Assembly: GCA_965222375.1 (NCBI GenBank)
Contig: CBDCTZ010000013.1
Location: 128,001-192,000 of the forward strand
From: Polyangiaceae bacterium
Lineage (GTDB): Bacteria; Myxococcota_A; Polyangia; Polyangiales; Polyangiaceae
DNA length: 64,000 bases
Direction of reading: 5' to 3'
The stretch's first letter is position 1. Each line of letters begins with the position of its first letter. Under the pieces are notes generated by a model. That model saw only the letters and a program-made list of their open reading frames with translations, was not told the DNA's origin and did not search any database. Both the position numbers and the translations under genes were made by a program. Of this stretch, positions 19,801 through 29,248 are shown piece after piece.

Positions 19801-20940
19801 ATGGACTTCGAGCTGAGCGAAAGCCAAAAACTGATCCAACAAACTGCTCGGGACTTCGCGTCTCGGCAGATCGAACCGATCGCAGCTGAGCAGGAGCGCA
19901 AGGAACAGTTTCCCTTGGAGAGTCTCAAAGGCCTCGCCGAGCTCGGACTGCTGGGCGTGAACATCCAGGAGCGCTACGGAGGCGCGGAAGCTGGCGTCGT
20001 CGCCTACTCTCTGGCCATGGCCGAAGTCTCACGAGCCTGCGCCAGCACCGGGGTCTCCATGGCCGTGACCAACATGGTCGCAGAGGTCATTCAGCGCTTT
20101 GGCTCAGAAGGCCAGCGACAAGCCCATCTACCCAAGATCACCAGTGGTGAGCACGTGACAGGCGCCTTTGCGCTGAGCGAACCCGCTGCCGGCAGTGACC
20201 CCGGAGCGATCACCACGACCGCCAAGCGCGACGGAGACGGCTGGGTGCTCAACGGTCAAAAGCAGTGGATCACCAACGGTGCCTATTCTGGCGTCATGGT
20301 CGTATGGGCGCGCACGAGCGGCACCGGCCCAAAAGGGATCTCCTGTTTCTTGGTGGAAGGCTCTGCGCCGGGCCTGGTCATCGGCAAGGCCGAGGACAAG
20401 CTAGGGATCCGCGCCTCGAACACGGTTCCCCTCACCTTCGAGGACTGTCGGCTTCCGGCGAAGGCTTTGCTCGGGGAGGAAGGCATGGGGTTTCGCATCG
20501 CGATGATGGCTCTCGATGGAGGTCGCATCGGGATCGCTTCTCAGGCCATTGGCATCGCAGACGCGGCGCTGGCTGCCTCGGTGGCTTACGCCAAAGATCG
20601 CACAGCCTTCGGCAAGCAGATCGCCAACTTCCAGGCGATTCAATGGATGCTTGCAGACAGCCAGACGGAGATCCACGCGGCTCGGCTGCTGACCCTGCGC
20701 GCGGCGCAGCTCAAAGAAGAAGACAAGCCCTTCACCCGTGAGGCTTCCATGGCCAAGCTCTTCGCCAGCGAAGCCGCCAACCGGATCTGCAACCGCGCCA
20801 TGCAGGTGCACGGCGGCTACGGCTACATTCGTGAATACCCGGTCGAGCGCTATCTGCGGGACGTGCGCATCACGACCATCTACGAGGGCACCAGCGAGAT
20901 CCAACGCCTAGTCATCGCCCGGGACTTGCTGCGATCGTGA
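19801..20940 (+). CDS. Acyl-CoA dehydrogenase (short/branched-chain type)
   Basis: ALSEPAAGSD, NGQKQWITNG, GRIGIA, FGKQIANFQ, QVHGGYG, IYEGTSEIQR. Confidence 0.95.
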   Translation: MDFELSESQKLIQQTARDFASRQIEPIAAEQERKEQFPLESLKGLAELGLLGVNIQERYGGAEAGVVAYSLAMAEVSRACASTGVSMAVTNMVAEVIQRFGSEGQRQAHLPKITSGEHVTGAFALSEPAAGSDPGAITTTAKRDGDGWVLNGQKQWITNGAYSGVMVVWARTSGTGPKGISCFLVEGSAPGLVIGKAEDKLGIRASNTVPLTFEDCRLPAKALLGEEGMGFRIAMMALDGGRIGIASQAIGIADAALAASVAYAKDRTAFGKQIANFQAIQWMLADSQTEIHAARLLTLRAAQLKEEDKPFTREASMAKLFASEAANRICNRAMQVHGGYGYIREYPVERYLRDVRITTIYEGTSEIQRLVIARDLLRS

Positions 20941-21527
20941 GACTCATCGACGTCGAGGCAGTTCGCGCCGCCCTAGCTCGATCCGAACGTGTCGACCCTG
21001 CGCCGCGCACACCTGGGCGCCACGCCGCGGTTGCGTCCATCTTGCGCGACAGCCCACGCGGCGCCGAGGTCTTGCTGATTCGGCGCGCCGAGCACCCCGA
21101 CGACCCGTGGTCTGGGCACATGGCGTTTCCGGGCGGCCGCCATGACGCCGAAGACGAAGACCTGCTGTTCACGGCGCGGCGCGAGACCCTGGAAGAAGTC
21201 GGCCTGGACCTGGACGCCCATGGCACGCTGGTGGGCCGCCTGGAAGACACCCCAGCCCTCGCACGGGGCAAGCGTCTGGGCCTGACCATTGCGCCTTTCG
21301 TCTTCGAGCTGCACACGTCGGGACCCCTTCAGCCCAATCATGAAGTCGAGGAGATAATCTGGGTACCCCTCACGCCCCTGACCACCTCGGAGTACGACTC
21401 GACGAAGCACTATCATTACGAGGGACAGGACCTGCAGCTGCCCGCATGGGATGTGGACGGTCGCATCGTATGGGGACTGACCCACCGAATGCTCAGCGCG
21501 CTGCTCGAACAGCTCGAACGGGCCTGA
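20937..21527 (+). CDS. NUDIX hydrolase, CoA pyrophosphatase (NudL-like)
   Basis: AAV, WSGHMAFPGG, TARRETLEEVGL Nudix box, IVWGLT. Confidence 0.9.
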   Translation: MRLIDVEAVRAALARSERVDPAPRTPGRHAAVASILRDSPRGAEVLLIRRAEHPDDPWSGHMAFPGGRHDAEDEDLLFTARRETLEEVGLDLDAHGTLVGRLEDTPALARGKRLGLTIAPFVFELHTSGPLQPNHEVEEIIWVPLTPLTTSEYDSTKHYHYEGQDLQLPAWDVDGRIVWGLTHRMLSALLEQLERA

Positions 21528-21530
21528 GCC

Positions 21531-23024
21531 TCAGGTTTCGTCAACCTGGGGATCGCAGGCCTGAGTGAAGTCGCAGTTCCCCCCGCCCTTGGCGGTCACT
21601 GTCAGTGTGTACTCGGCACAAGTGCCTGCGACGCCAATCGCGCGCTTCACGCGCACGTAGTAGCGTTTGGTGTGGGGTCCGCAGTGCACGGGCTTGGTTG
21701 CGCCGCACACCTTCTCACCCAGCGGCTTGCCGCCAATCTGGCCCCCGTCACCATCGACGCACCAGGTGTAGGACGTCAAATCCGAGTGCTTGGAGTCCGG
21801 CACCTTGCAGGGCCCGCCTCGCAACACATCGAAGACGAACTCGGAGCTGTTCGCCGGCGCGGTGAACTTCATGCTGACGTGATACGAGTTCGTCGTCTTT
21901 TCGTTGAAGTCCTTCGCCTCGAAGGTGAACCAGTCTTGGTCGTTGTCCCCAGAGAGTTTTCCCTTGATCGCCAGTGCCGTCGTATTCGCATCCGTAACCG
22001 AGCCGACATCCTTCGCCTTGGAGCAAGTGTTGTCCGGCTCCGCCGAATCGATTTCGCAGGGGCAACCCGCGGACGGTGGCAAATTGGTGGGGTAGTTGAC
22101 CCAACCCGAGTCGCAGCTCTCCAGCTCGCATTGGCCAAAGTTGCATGCCCAGGTAGCATGCACTGGGTTGCCCTGGCTGGCGCACAGCGCCTGGGCATCG
22201 CCGTCGTCAGCAGTTCCGTTGCAATCGTTGTCAGCGCCATCGCAGACTTCTGGCTGCGGGCTACCTGCGGTGCAGCCTTCCCACTTCGTCGTCGTGCCGT
22301 TGCAGGCCTCGGTGCCCTCACATACCGTCGACCCCGAGGTCTGCGAACACTTCCGCTTGATGCCCGTGCGCTCGGCGTTGCAGGGGCAAGATTCGCCGTT
22401 CTTGGGCACGCAGAACTTGGCGGGCTTGGTCGGTGGCCCCGCCTCACCCTGGCCCGAGTCCGGGAAGCCGCCATCTGCGGAGCCGCCGCCGACGCCGACG
22501 CCGGGGTAGCTTCCAGTCGCAACGCAGTCCATGCCCGCGGGGCAGACGTCATCGAAGGAGCAATCCCGAGCACAAAAACGATCCACATTGGGTGAAGGCG
22601 TACAGCGATCCGCCACGTTGGCGCACTCCGCGCTCGTGATACAGGGATCACACTGGTTGCCGTTTTCGGGGACGCAGACGTAACCCGCATCCGGGTGGAA
22701 GGCGCAGTAGCCACCCGTGGGGCACGCCGTGCCGGGCGTCTTGCAGGGCACGGTGCAAACCAAGTTCGGTTTCGCCTGCCCCACATTGACGCAGAGCTTC
22801 GATTCGCAGTGCTCATTCTTCTGGCATGCGCCGCCGAACTTCCCGATCGGCCAACCGCTGTCACCAGTGCCGATGCCCCCGATGCCGCCACCACCCTCCA
22901 CGCTGGCGTCGGCACCGCCACTACCACCGTTGTCGTCGTCGATGCCCGCATCTGTGGCGCACGCTCCGCCCAGAGCAAGCGGCACGAGGGCAGCAAAAAG
23001 CACAAGAGCCGGTCGCGCGAACAA
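21531..23024 (-). CDS. Cys-rich secreted/lipoprotein with EVCDGxDNDC putative metal-binding motif
   Basis: Lipobox GGAC, Gly linker, many Cys modules, PEVCDGADNDCNG, PPC-like DQDWF domain. Start uncertain. Confidence 0.75.
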   Translation of the reverse strand: MFARPALVLFAALVPLALGGACATDAGIDDDNGGSGGADASVEGGGGIGGIGTGDSGWPIGKFGGACQKNEHCESKLCVNVGQAKPNLVCTVPCKTPGTACPTGGYCAFHPDAGYVCVPENGNQCDPCITSAECANVADRCTPSPNVDRFCARDCSFDDVCPAGMDCVATGSYPGVGVGGGSADGGFPDSGQGEAGPPTKPAKFCVPKNGESCPCNAERTGIKRKCSQTSGSTVCEGTEACNGTTTKWEGCTAGSPQPEVCDGADNDCNGTADDGDAQALCASQGNPVHATWACNFGQCELESCDSGWVNYPTNLPPSAGCPCEIDSAEPDNTCSKAKDVGSVTDANTTALAIKGKLSGDNDQDWFTFEAKDFNEKTTNSYHVSMKFTAPANSSEFVFDVLRGGPCKVPDSKHSDLTSYTWCVDGDGGQIGGKPLGEKVCGATKPVHCGPHTKRYYVRVKRAIGVAGTCAEYTLTVTAKGGGNCDFTQACDPQVDET

Positions 23025-23180
23025 CTCGGTGAGGATACGCTCGCAGAGCCAGCTGGTCAAACACGCCAATCGGAGATCGACAATGAATTCATGGACTTGG
23101 GCCCGCGTCGTCGGGGACACTTTTTCGCTACGGGCCCGCTTCGGGTGACGTCTCGACAGCGGCGCGCTAAACGAGCCCGC

Positions 23181-23942
23181 GTGGGAAGCGCACGAAAGCT
23201 CGGCAAACTCCCCTCAGACGGCAAGTGCAGCGTCTGCGGCGAAACGATCTCGGAAGCGACCGACCGGTGTGAGGGATGCGGCACCGTTTATGGCGAAGTG
23301 CATCGCTGCCCGCATTGCAGAAGCATCGCCGATGTCGAAGCATCGGACGCGCTACGCTTTCGCTGCAAGGTTTGTGGGGGCCCCCGCGTGGTGGTCGATG
23401 ACCCGAGCATCGAGCGTGAGTTCGGAGAGAACTCCGCCCTGAAGTTAGCACGAAAGGCCCATACCCGACGCACAGCCTGGCAGATGGGAAGTGCGGTCGT
23501 GACTGGTTTTGGCGTGATCGCCCTGCTGGTGGCGCTCGCAACCCTCGCGGTGGTATCGCCGGGGCTCGGGCTCACGATCCTGACCCTGCTCATGGTCGCG
23601 GCGCCCTTCGTGTTCGCGACGGTCGGGTTCCGAAAAGCCAAGAGTGCGACCAAAGAGCGCGACACCGCGATCGATCGAGCCTGGACCAGCGTCGCGAAAG
23701 AGATTGCAGCAGCAAAACCGGATCTAGACGCCAAGCAGCTGTCCAAGTTGACGCGCATCGATGAGGCTCATGCGGAGCTCGTTCTGGCCCAGCTCAGCGT
23801 CGACGACTTCGTGCGCGCTCGCGTCGAAGCTCCGCCCGAGCGACAGCGTGTGGCCGACGACGCGTCCGCGGCCGAAATCGAAGGGGCCGAGGAGCAAGAA
23901 GCCGAAGCGCACATGACGGCGAAGGTGGGCGCGGACCCCTAA
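23181..23942 (+). CDS. Zinc-ribbon membrane protein
   Basis: Four CxxC pairs followed by two TM helices. Start uncertain. Confidence 0.7.
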   Translation: MGSARKLGKLPSDGKCSVCGETISEATDRCEGCGTVYGEVHRCPHCRSIADVEASDALRFRCKVCGGPRVVVDDPSIEREFGENSALKLARKAHTRRTAWQMGSAVVTGFGVIALLVALATLAVVSPGLGLTILTLLMVAAPFVFATVGFRKAKSATKERDTAIDRAWTSVAKEIAAAKPDLDAKQLSKLTRIDEAHAELVLAQLSVDDFVRARVEAPPERQRVADDASAAEIEGAEEQEAEAHMTAKVGADP

Positions 23943-24057
23943 AACTGACGTCGCGTCAGCGCGAAGCAAAGTACCCACTGCGAACGCTAGTTCTCACCAG
24001 AAAAGCCTAGAGGTTACGCTTACTTGCTCAAAACCCGTCAAATGCGCAGGAGCGTGC

Positions 24058-24074
24058 CTGGCATGGCTCTCGCA
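24058..24074 (+). promoter_or_regulatory. Candidate sigma54 (-24/-12) promoter
   Basis: CTGGCATGGCTCTCGCA: GG-N10-GC spacing, TGGCA box, about 50 nt upstream of the ATG at 24127. Confidence 0.55.
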
Positions 24075-24126
24075 GCGATCTTTTCTAAGCGCTCTTCGCG
24101 CGCTAAGCCTCCCCCCAACACCGCGC

Positions 24127-25128
24127 ATGTCCATCGATCACCGAGTCTACTTGCCGCAGCCTAGCGAAGCCGGGCGATTGGGCGGCATCCGCAGGCATCT
24201 GCGCGAACTCGCAGTGCATGACTGGATGGTGTTCATCTTTCTGTGCTTGCTGCTCGGCGCAGCGGTGTCTGCAGTTCCGGGGGAGATGCGCGACAAGGCG
24301 ATTCGCCAGATGGGTGCGTTGCTCACATTCCTCGTCGCCACGCTCGTGGTCGTGCGCGGCGGTCTGCTCAAGCACCGCTTCTGGGCGCCGCTGTTCTATC
24401 GCTTGGCGATCTACGGCACCGTTCAGCTCAGCTATTTCTTCCTGACGGGCCTGTTGCCGATCGTAAACACATCGACCCTGGACGTCGAGCTCTACGAGTT
24501 GGACATGGCGCTATTCGGCGTGGAGCCAGCCATGGCGATGGACAGCTGGGTCAACAGCATCACGACCGAGTGGTTCGCCTTCTTCTACTTCAGCTACTTC
24601 TTCCTGCTCGCGCTGCACGTGATCCCGATCTTGCTGTTCTCGCGCAGCCGGCGCCTGCTCGCGGAGTTTGCCTTCGGCATGCTCACGGTGTTCTGCGTCG
24701 GGCACATCGTCTACATGCTCGTCCCGGGTTATGGGCCCTACAAGGCCATGGCCGACCACTTCGAAAACGCCTTCCCGAGCGGCTTGTGGCTCGACATGGT
24801 GCTCAAGACGGTGGAGTCCGGTGGGGCCCAGATGGACATCTTCCCATCCCTGCACACTGCCTGCCCCACGTTTCTGGCGCTGTTCTCGTACCGGCATCGC
24901 CACCGCCTGCCGTTCCGTTATAGCTGGCCCATCGTGACACTGTTCGCCGCGAACATCATCATCGCGACGATGTTCCTGCGCTGGCACTATCTCATCGACG
25001 TAGTCGCGGGGCTGGCGCTGGCATCTTTCGCCTACATGGCAGCAGTTCGCGTCACCACCTGGGAAGCCAAGCGCCGCGAGAAACTCGGTACCCACGGCTG
25101 GCCCCTCTTCGGCGAATCGGCCCGCTAG
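24127..25128 (+). CDS. PAP2-superfamily membrane protein, AUR1/inositol-phosphorylceramide-synthase-like
   Basis: Multiple TM helices; FYFSYF, YMLVPGYGP, DIFPSLH, HYLIDVVAG motifs. Confidence 0.82.
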   Translation: MSIDHRVYLPQPSEAGRLGGIRRHLRELAVHDWMVFIFLCLLLGAAVSAVPGEMRDKAIRQMGALLTFLVATLVVVRGGLLKHRFWAPLFYRLAIYGTVQLSYFFLTGLLPIVNTSTLDVELYELDMALFGVEPAMAMDSWVNSITTEWFAFFYFSYFFLLALHVIPILLFSRSRRLLAEFAFGMLTVFCVGHIVYMLVPGYGPYKAMADHFENAFPSGLWLDMVLKTVESGGAQMDIFPSLHTACPTFLALFSYRHRHRLPFRYSWPIVTLFAANIIIATMFLRWHYLIDVVAGLALASFAYMAAVRVTTWEAKRREKLGTHGWPLFGESAR

Positions 25129-25232
25129 GCATCCGCCCCGGTCAAGGCGAGAGAGGCCTCGCTCGACTGGAGCGAATCGGCCCGCTAGGCACCCGCTCCC
25201 GTCAAGGCGAGGGAGGCCTCGCTCTCGACTGG
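25112..25232. repeat. 60-bp-period tandem duplication including the 3' end of the PAP2 gene
   Basis: GCGAATCGGCCCGCTAGGCA at 25112 and 25172; GTCAAGGCGAG at 25141 and 25201. Confidence 0.9.
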
Positions 25233-25412
25233 GTTTGTTTGGGGGTCGCGGCCTTGGGCCGGCGGCTGAGCACTCCTCTCGTTCAGGGTCGCGGGGTGCG
25301 CCGGGGCGCCGCAGCTCGAGATTAGGGCACCAAGGCCGAGCAGTGCTCGACCCAACCCAACTCCAAACGTAGACGCGGTGCCGTCAGCACTTGGGGTTCG
25401 GGCTCTTTGCAA
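25185..25412 (-). CDS. Possible small lipoprotein or remnant
   Basis: Hydrophobic stretch with lipobox-like ISSC; follows moeB; ends in the repeat. Confidence 0.3.
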   Translation of the reverse strand: MQRARTPSADGTASTFGVGLGRALLGLGALISSCGAPAHPATLNERSAQPPAQGRDPQTNPVESEASLALTGAGA

Positions 25413-25418
25413 AGGGGC

Positions 25419-26588
25419 TCAGGCGCCGCCAGCGCAGAAGCCTTCGTAGTCGATGTACTCCTTGATCGTCGGGTTATCGCCACAGGCGGGACACGCTTTG
25501 TCTTTGCGCAAGCGCAGCGTACGGAAGTTCATCCGCAGTGAGTCGTAGGTCAAGAGGCGTCCGACCAGGGGATCCCCCTGGCCCAGGATGAGCTTGATCG
25601 CCTCGGTGGCCTGCAGGGTCCCGACGATTCCGGGCAAGATCCCCAGCACGCCGGCCTCGGCACAGCTGGGCGCGTGCTCTGGGGGAGGCGGCTCCGGGTA
25701 CAAGCAGCGATAGCAGGGACCTTCGAAGGGCATGAAGGTGGTCACCTGACCATCAAAGCGGAAGATGGAGCCGTGTACGACCGGGATCTTGTGGAACAAG
25801 CTGGCGTCGTTGACCAGGTAGCGCGTTGGGAAGTTGTCGCAACCGTCGACGATGGCGTCCCAGCCTTCGCCAAAGATCTTGTCAACGTTTTCGCTGAGCA
25901 GCCGCTCTTGGAATTTCTTGACCTTGACGTCTGGGTTGAGGTCCTTGAGGGCAACCTCCGCACTGTCGACCTTCGCGGTTCCCAAGCGTGAAGTGGAATG
26001 CAGAATTTGGCGCTGCAGATTCGAGGCGTCGACCACGTCCGCGTCCACCAATCCCAGGGTGCCTACACCGGCTGCGGCGAGGTAGAGCGCAGCGGGTGAG
26101 CCCAGACCACCGGCGCCAAGCAACAGCACGCGACCGTTGAGGAGCTTCTGCTGCCCCTTCTCACCCACCTCGGGCAAGAGGATGTGCCGCGAGTAGCGTT
26201 CCAGCTGCGCCTCGGAAAAGCGCGGCGGCACGTCCATGGGGTAGCTCATGTCTTTCCAGCGAACAAAGCCGGGATTCGCCGACAGCACGTTCTGGTAGCC
26301 GAGCTCGAGCAGAGTCTTCGCGGCGAACGCGCTGCGTGTCCCCCCGGCGCAGTACAGGACGATGGGCTCCTCCTTGTCGGGAAGCTTCTGCTCGGCCTGC
26401 ATCTCGAGGAAGCCGCGAGGGATGTGAATCGCGCCAGGGATGAAGCCCTGGCGAAACTCGTCCTTCTCCCGCACGTCTACGAGCTTCAGGGGCTCCTTCT
26501 TGTCCAGCCGCGCCTTCAACTCCTCCAGGGGGATGATCTTGATCGCGTGTTTGACCTCTGAAAACAGGTCGCTATAGGTCTTGGACAT
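25419..26588 (-). CDS. moeB: Rhodanese-MoeB/ThiF fusion (molybdopterin-synthase adenylyltransferase, MoeZ-like)
   Basis: N-terminal rhodanese (DVRE...CAGGTRS), RYSRHILL, GAGGLGSP, SNLQRQ, DNFPTRY, PCYRC and CPAC zinc motifs. Confidence 0.92.
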   Translation of the reverse strand: MSKTYSDLFSEVKHAIKIIPLEELKARLDKKEPLKLVDVREKDEFRQGFIPGAIHIPRGFLEMQAEQKLPDKEEPIVLYCAGGTRSAFAAKTLLELGYQNVLSANPGFVRWKDMSYPMDVPPRFSEAQLERYSRHILLPEVGEKGQQKLLNGRVLLLGAGGLGSPAALYLAAAGVGTLGLVDADVVDASNLQRQILHSTSRLGTAKVDSAEVALKDLNPDVKVKKFQERLLSENVDKIFGEGWDAIVDGCDNFPTRYLVNDASLFHKIPVVHGSIFRFDGQVTTFMPFEGPCYRCLYPEPPPPEHAPSCAEAGVLGILPGIVGTLQATEAIKLILGQGDPLVGRLLTYDSLRMNFRTLRLRKDKACPACGDNPTIKEYIDYEGFCAGGA

Positions 26589-26693
26589 CAGGAACTCCTA
26601 TTTGTCGCATATTTCCGATGCAACAATCATCTGGGCCAATATTGGGGATTTTTTGGCCTCGTCAAGGCGAATAGCACGGCTTGGGCTCCACGC

Positions 26694-27923
26694 TCAGCCC
26701 TGGCGCAGCGCTGCCTCGAGCTGCCGCGCGGTTGCAGGGCGATCCTCCAGGGGGCCCAGGCAGCGAGCGCAGAGTCGCTCCAGACCAGAAGCAGCTCGCG
26801 AAGGCGACGCTTCGGTCTTCCCGAGGGCCACCAGGGCGTCTTCCATCAAGCGTCCGAGGGCGTACACATCGTCCGCTGGGGACAGGGGCCTGCCCGCGAG
26901 GCGCTCGGGGCTGAGGTACCCGCGACTGCCGGCTTCGACGCGCTCGCCAATGGGATGGGACAGACCGAAGTCGCTCAGCACGGGTGCATCTGCCGATCGG
27001 AACAGGACGTTGGCGGGTTTCAGATCACCGTGAACCCAACCTGCGTCGTGCACCCGCGCCAAGGCTTGGCTCAAGGGCAGAAGCCAGCGCTGCAAAGGCC
27101 ACAGGAACTCTCCGTCCGAGCGGAGCAACCAACGCTTGAGAGCGCCCGCTGGCAACCACTCCATCACGACGAGGCCGCGATCCGTGTCGATATCGAAAAC
27201 GCGGACGACACCTCGCCCGCGGAAAGCCACGGCAGTGCGCGCTTCCCGAATCAGCTTCTCTCGATCTCGTTCAGGCTCGTGATACACCTTCAATGCGACG
27301 CGTCGTGACAGCGCGTCGTCCACGGCTTCATACACCGTGCCCGCGCCGCCCCGGCCAGCTTCTCCAACCAAGCGGAACGACGTCTCCGGTGCCGACGCGG
27401 TCAGAAGCGTGGCATCCCGAGACTGAGAAGCCTCGGGGGCGCGCCCACCGCCCAGGGCGCGCTGAAAACGCGCGTGACGTTCCCGTGCGCCGGGCGCGTC
27501 GATGTTCTGGGCCAGCGCGCGCTCTACCAGGGTCAACGCCACCGCTAGCTCCCCACGCTCGGATTGCAGATCCGCGGCTAACAGCAACGCGGGGACGGAG
27601 CGGGGTCGGCTCAATAGCTCCAGAGCTCGGTCCATCTCTCCCCGCTTGACGCGGAGTTCGGCGGCCGCGACCGCCAAAGCCTCGGCAAGGGGCTGCGCCG
27701 AAGCCGCGCGGGCAATTGCCGCGAGGGCGTCACGCTCGTGGGAGGTGTTCTGCAGCGCGAAGAGCGCGCTCAAAGCGAGCTCCCAGTCTGCGTCGGGGCC
27801 GATGGACTCCAGTAGCTCGAGTTCCGCTGGCTTGGCTGGGCCGCGGTGGACCGAGCGAGGCTTGGGCGCGGGCGCAGGCGGGCGCTCGGGCGCCTTCTTT
27901 CTGAACCAATCAAAGAGGCTCAC
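26694..27923 (-). CDS. Ser/Thr protein kinase with N-terminal TPR-like region
   Basis: GRGGAGTV, VALK, HGDLKPAN, DFG, YLSPE, DVYALG; GTGA overlap with the FHA gene. Confidence 0.9.
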   Translation of the reverse strand: MSLFDWFRKKAPERPPAPAPKPRSVHRGPAKPAELELLESIGPDADWELALSALFALQNTSHERDALAAIARAASAQPLAEALAVAAAELRVKRGEMDRALELLSRPRSVPALLLAADLQSERGELAVALTLVERALAQNIDAPGARERHARFQRALGGGRAPEASQSRDATLLTASAPETSFRLVGEAGRGGAGTVYEAVDDALSRRVALKVYHEPERDREKLIREARTAVAFRGRGVVRVFDIDTDRGLVVMEWLPAGALKRWLLRSDGEFLWPLQRWLLPLSQALARVHDAGWVHGDLKPANVLFRSADAPVLSDFGLSHPIGERVEAGSRGYLSPERLAGRPLSPADDVYALGRLMEDALVALGKTEASPSRAASGLERLCARCLGPLEDRPATARQLEAALRQG

Positions 27924-29068
27924 GCCAGCACCTCGACGGCGGTGGGGCCCGCGACCGCGGTAGTCACCCTGTCGCCCACACATAACTGAGCGCGCTGGTC
28001 GAGACGCAAGCCCTCGACGTAAACGGCACCCTCCGCCTCCAGCTCGAGCCAGCCATCGTCGGCTCGACGCAGGAGCATGCGGTCTAGCTGCAGTGGACCC
28101 AAAGGCAGCAGCACGCGACGGGCAGACGTCTCCAGGTAGACCGCACCGTCGGATCGGCTCGACAGCCGCAATTCTACGTCGCCGCCCAACACCAGTTCCA
28201 ACTGCTCTCCCACGAGCAAGGGCACATCGAGGCGAACGCCGCGGAGCGTGGTGCCGTTGCGAGAGCCCAAGTCGGCCACCTCCGGCCCTCGCTCCGTGGG
28301 GCGGATGACCAAGTGTTGCCGACTGACGCTGGGCGACTTGATCACCACAGTGGCGTCAGCGCGCCCAATCGTCGCTGGCGACGCGAAACTGACCTCGATC
28401 GGCTCTCCAGCCACGCTCAGGCGACAAGAGGCACCTCGGGTCCGTCGCCCATCAATGCGATTGGCCAACGTCCGGACCCGCTCATCGGCTTCTTCCAGGG
28501 CTCGGGCCAGCGCCAAGGCCTCACGTCTGCGACCGCAGGCGTCCAGATCTGAAATCTTCTGCAACTCGGCTTCGCGCCGGCGGGCGCTGCGCTCCCGCCT
28601 CGCTTCTTCAGAAAGCACACGCTCCAGACGATCGATGGCCCCCGCTTCCACCAGAGCCCGGGTCTGGGAGTCGAGATCACCACCCAACTCGTAGAAGTCG
28701 GCAGCTAAAGCGGGACAGCCACTCCCTTCCAGGTCCGCCGCGAAGCGAAGAAGCTCTGATCGAGTCAGCACCAGCGACCCCTGCCGAAACAGCTCGAGGG
28801 CCAGTTCGGAGCGCCGGCGCACGACGGCCGGGCGAGTCTCCCCGGAAGCAAGGGCGAGGGCCTGACCCAGCAGTTGATAGCGAGCAAGCGGGTCGACCGC
28901 GGACTCCGCGCGGGCCAAATGCAGCCGTGCAGCCTCCTGCCGAGCGCCTGCCTGCAAGTACAGCGCAATGGCGTGCTCCAGGTTGCCGCGTGCCTCCTCA
29001 CGACGCGCCTTTTCCAAGCGGCGATCAGCGCCGCGAAAGAAGGAAAGAGCTTTGGATAGGACCCCCAT
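27920..29068 (-). CDS. FHA domain protein with N-terminal helical repeats
   Basis: IGR...SVSRQH...DLGSRNGT FHA signature. Confidence 0.85.
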   Translation of the reverse strand: MGVLSKALSFFRGADRRLEKARREEARGNLEHAIALYLQAGARQEAARLHLARAESAVDPLARYQLLGQALALASGETRPAVVRRRSELALELFRQGSLVLTRSELLRFAADLEGSGCPALAADFYELGGDLDSQTRALVEAGAIDRLERVLSEEARRERSARRREAELQKISDLDACGRRREALALARALEEADERVRTLANRIDGRRTRGASCRLSVAGEPIEVSFASPATIGRADATVVIKSPSVSRQHLVIRPTERGPEVADLGSRNGTTLRGVRLDVPLLVGEQLELVLGGDVELRLSSRSDGAVYLETSARRVLLPLGPLQLDRMLLRRADDGWLELEAEGAVYVEGLRLDQRAQLCVGDRVTTAVAGPTAVEVLA

Positions 29069-29248
29069 GGCGCGTCTTTTTTTTCTGGTTTGCCCAAGAC
29101 GGGCCGCCGCGTAAAGGCGAAAAAACCGCCTCGGCCGCGGCTTTGAGCGCACGCACTTTCGCGACCCGCAGCGCCGACCGTGATCTCCCGGAGCCAAGGC
29201 TGTAGAGTCCGAGATAGACTCCGGCGCCAGCGTCAGGAAAGAGAACGA

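Noticed and set aside
22695..23180. Long N-terminal extensions of ORF-track calls (also 15386-15670, 15586-16017, 36566-36787, 36603-36785)
   Set aside because: They overlap divergent genes; motif-based downstream starts fit better.
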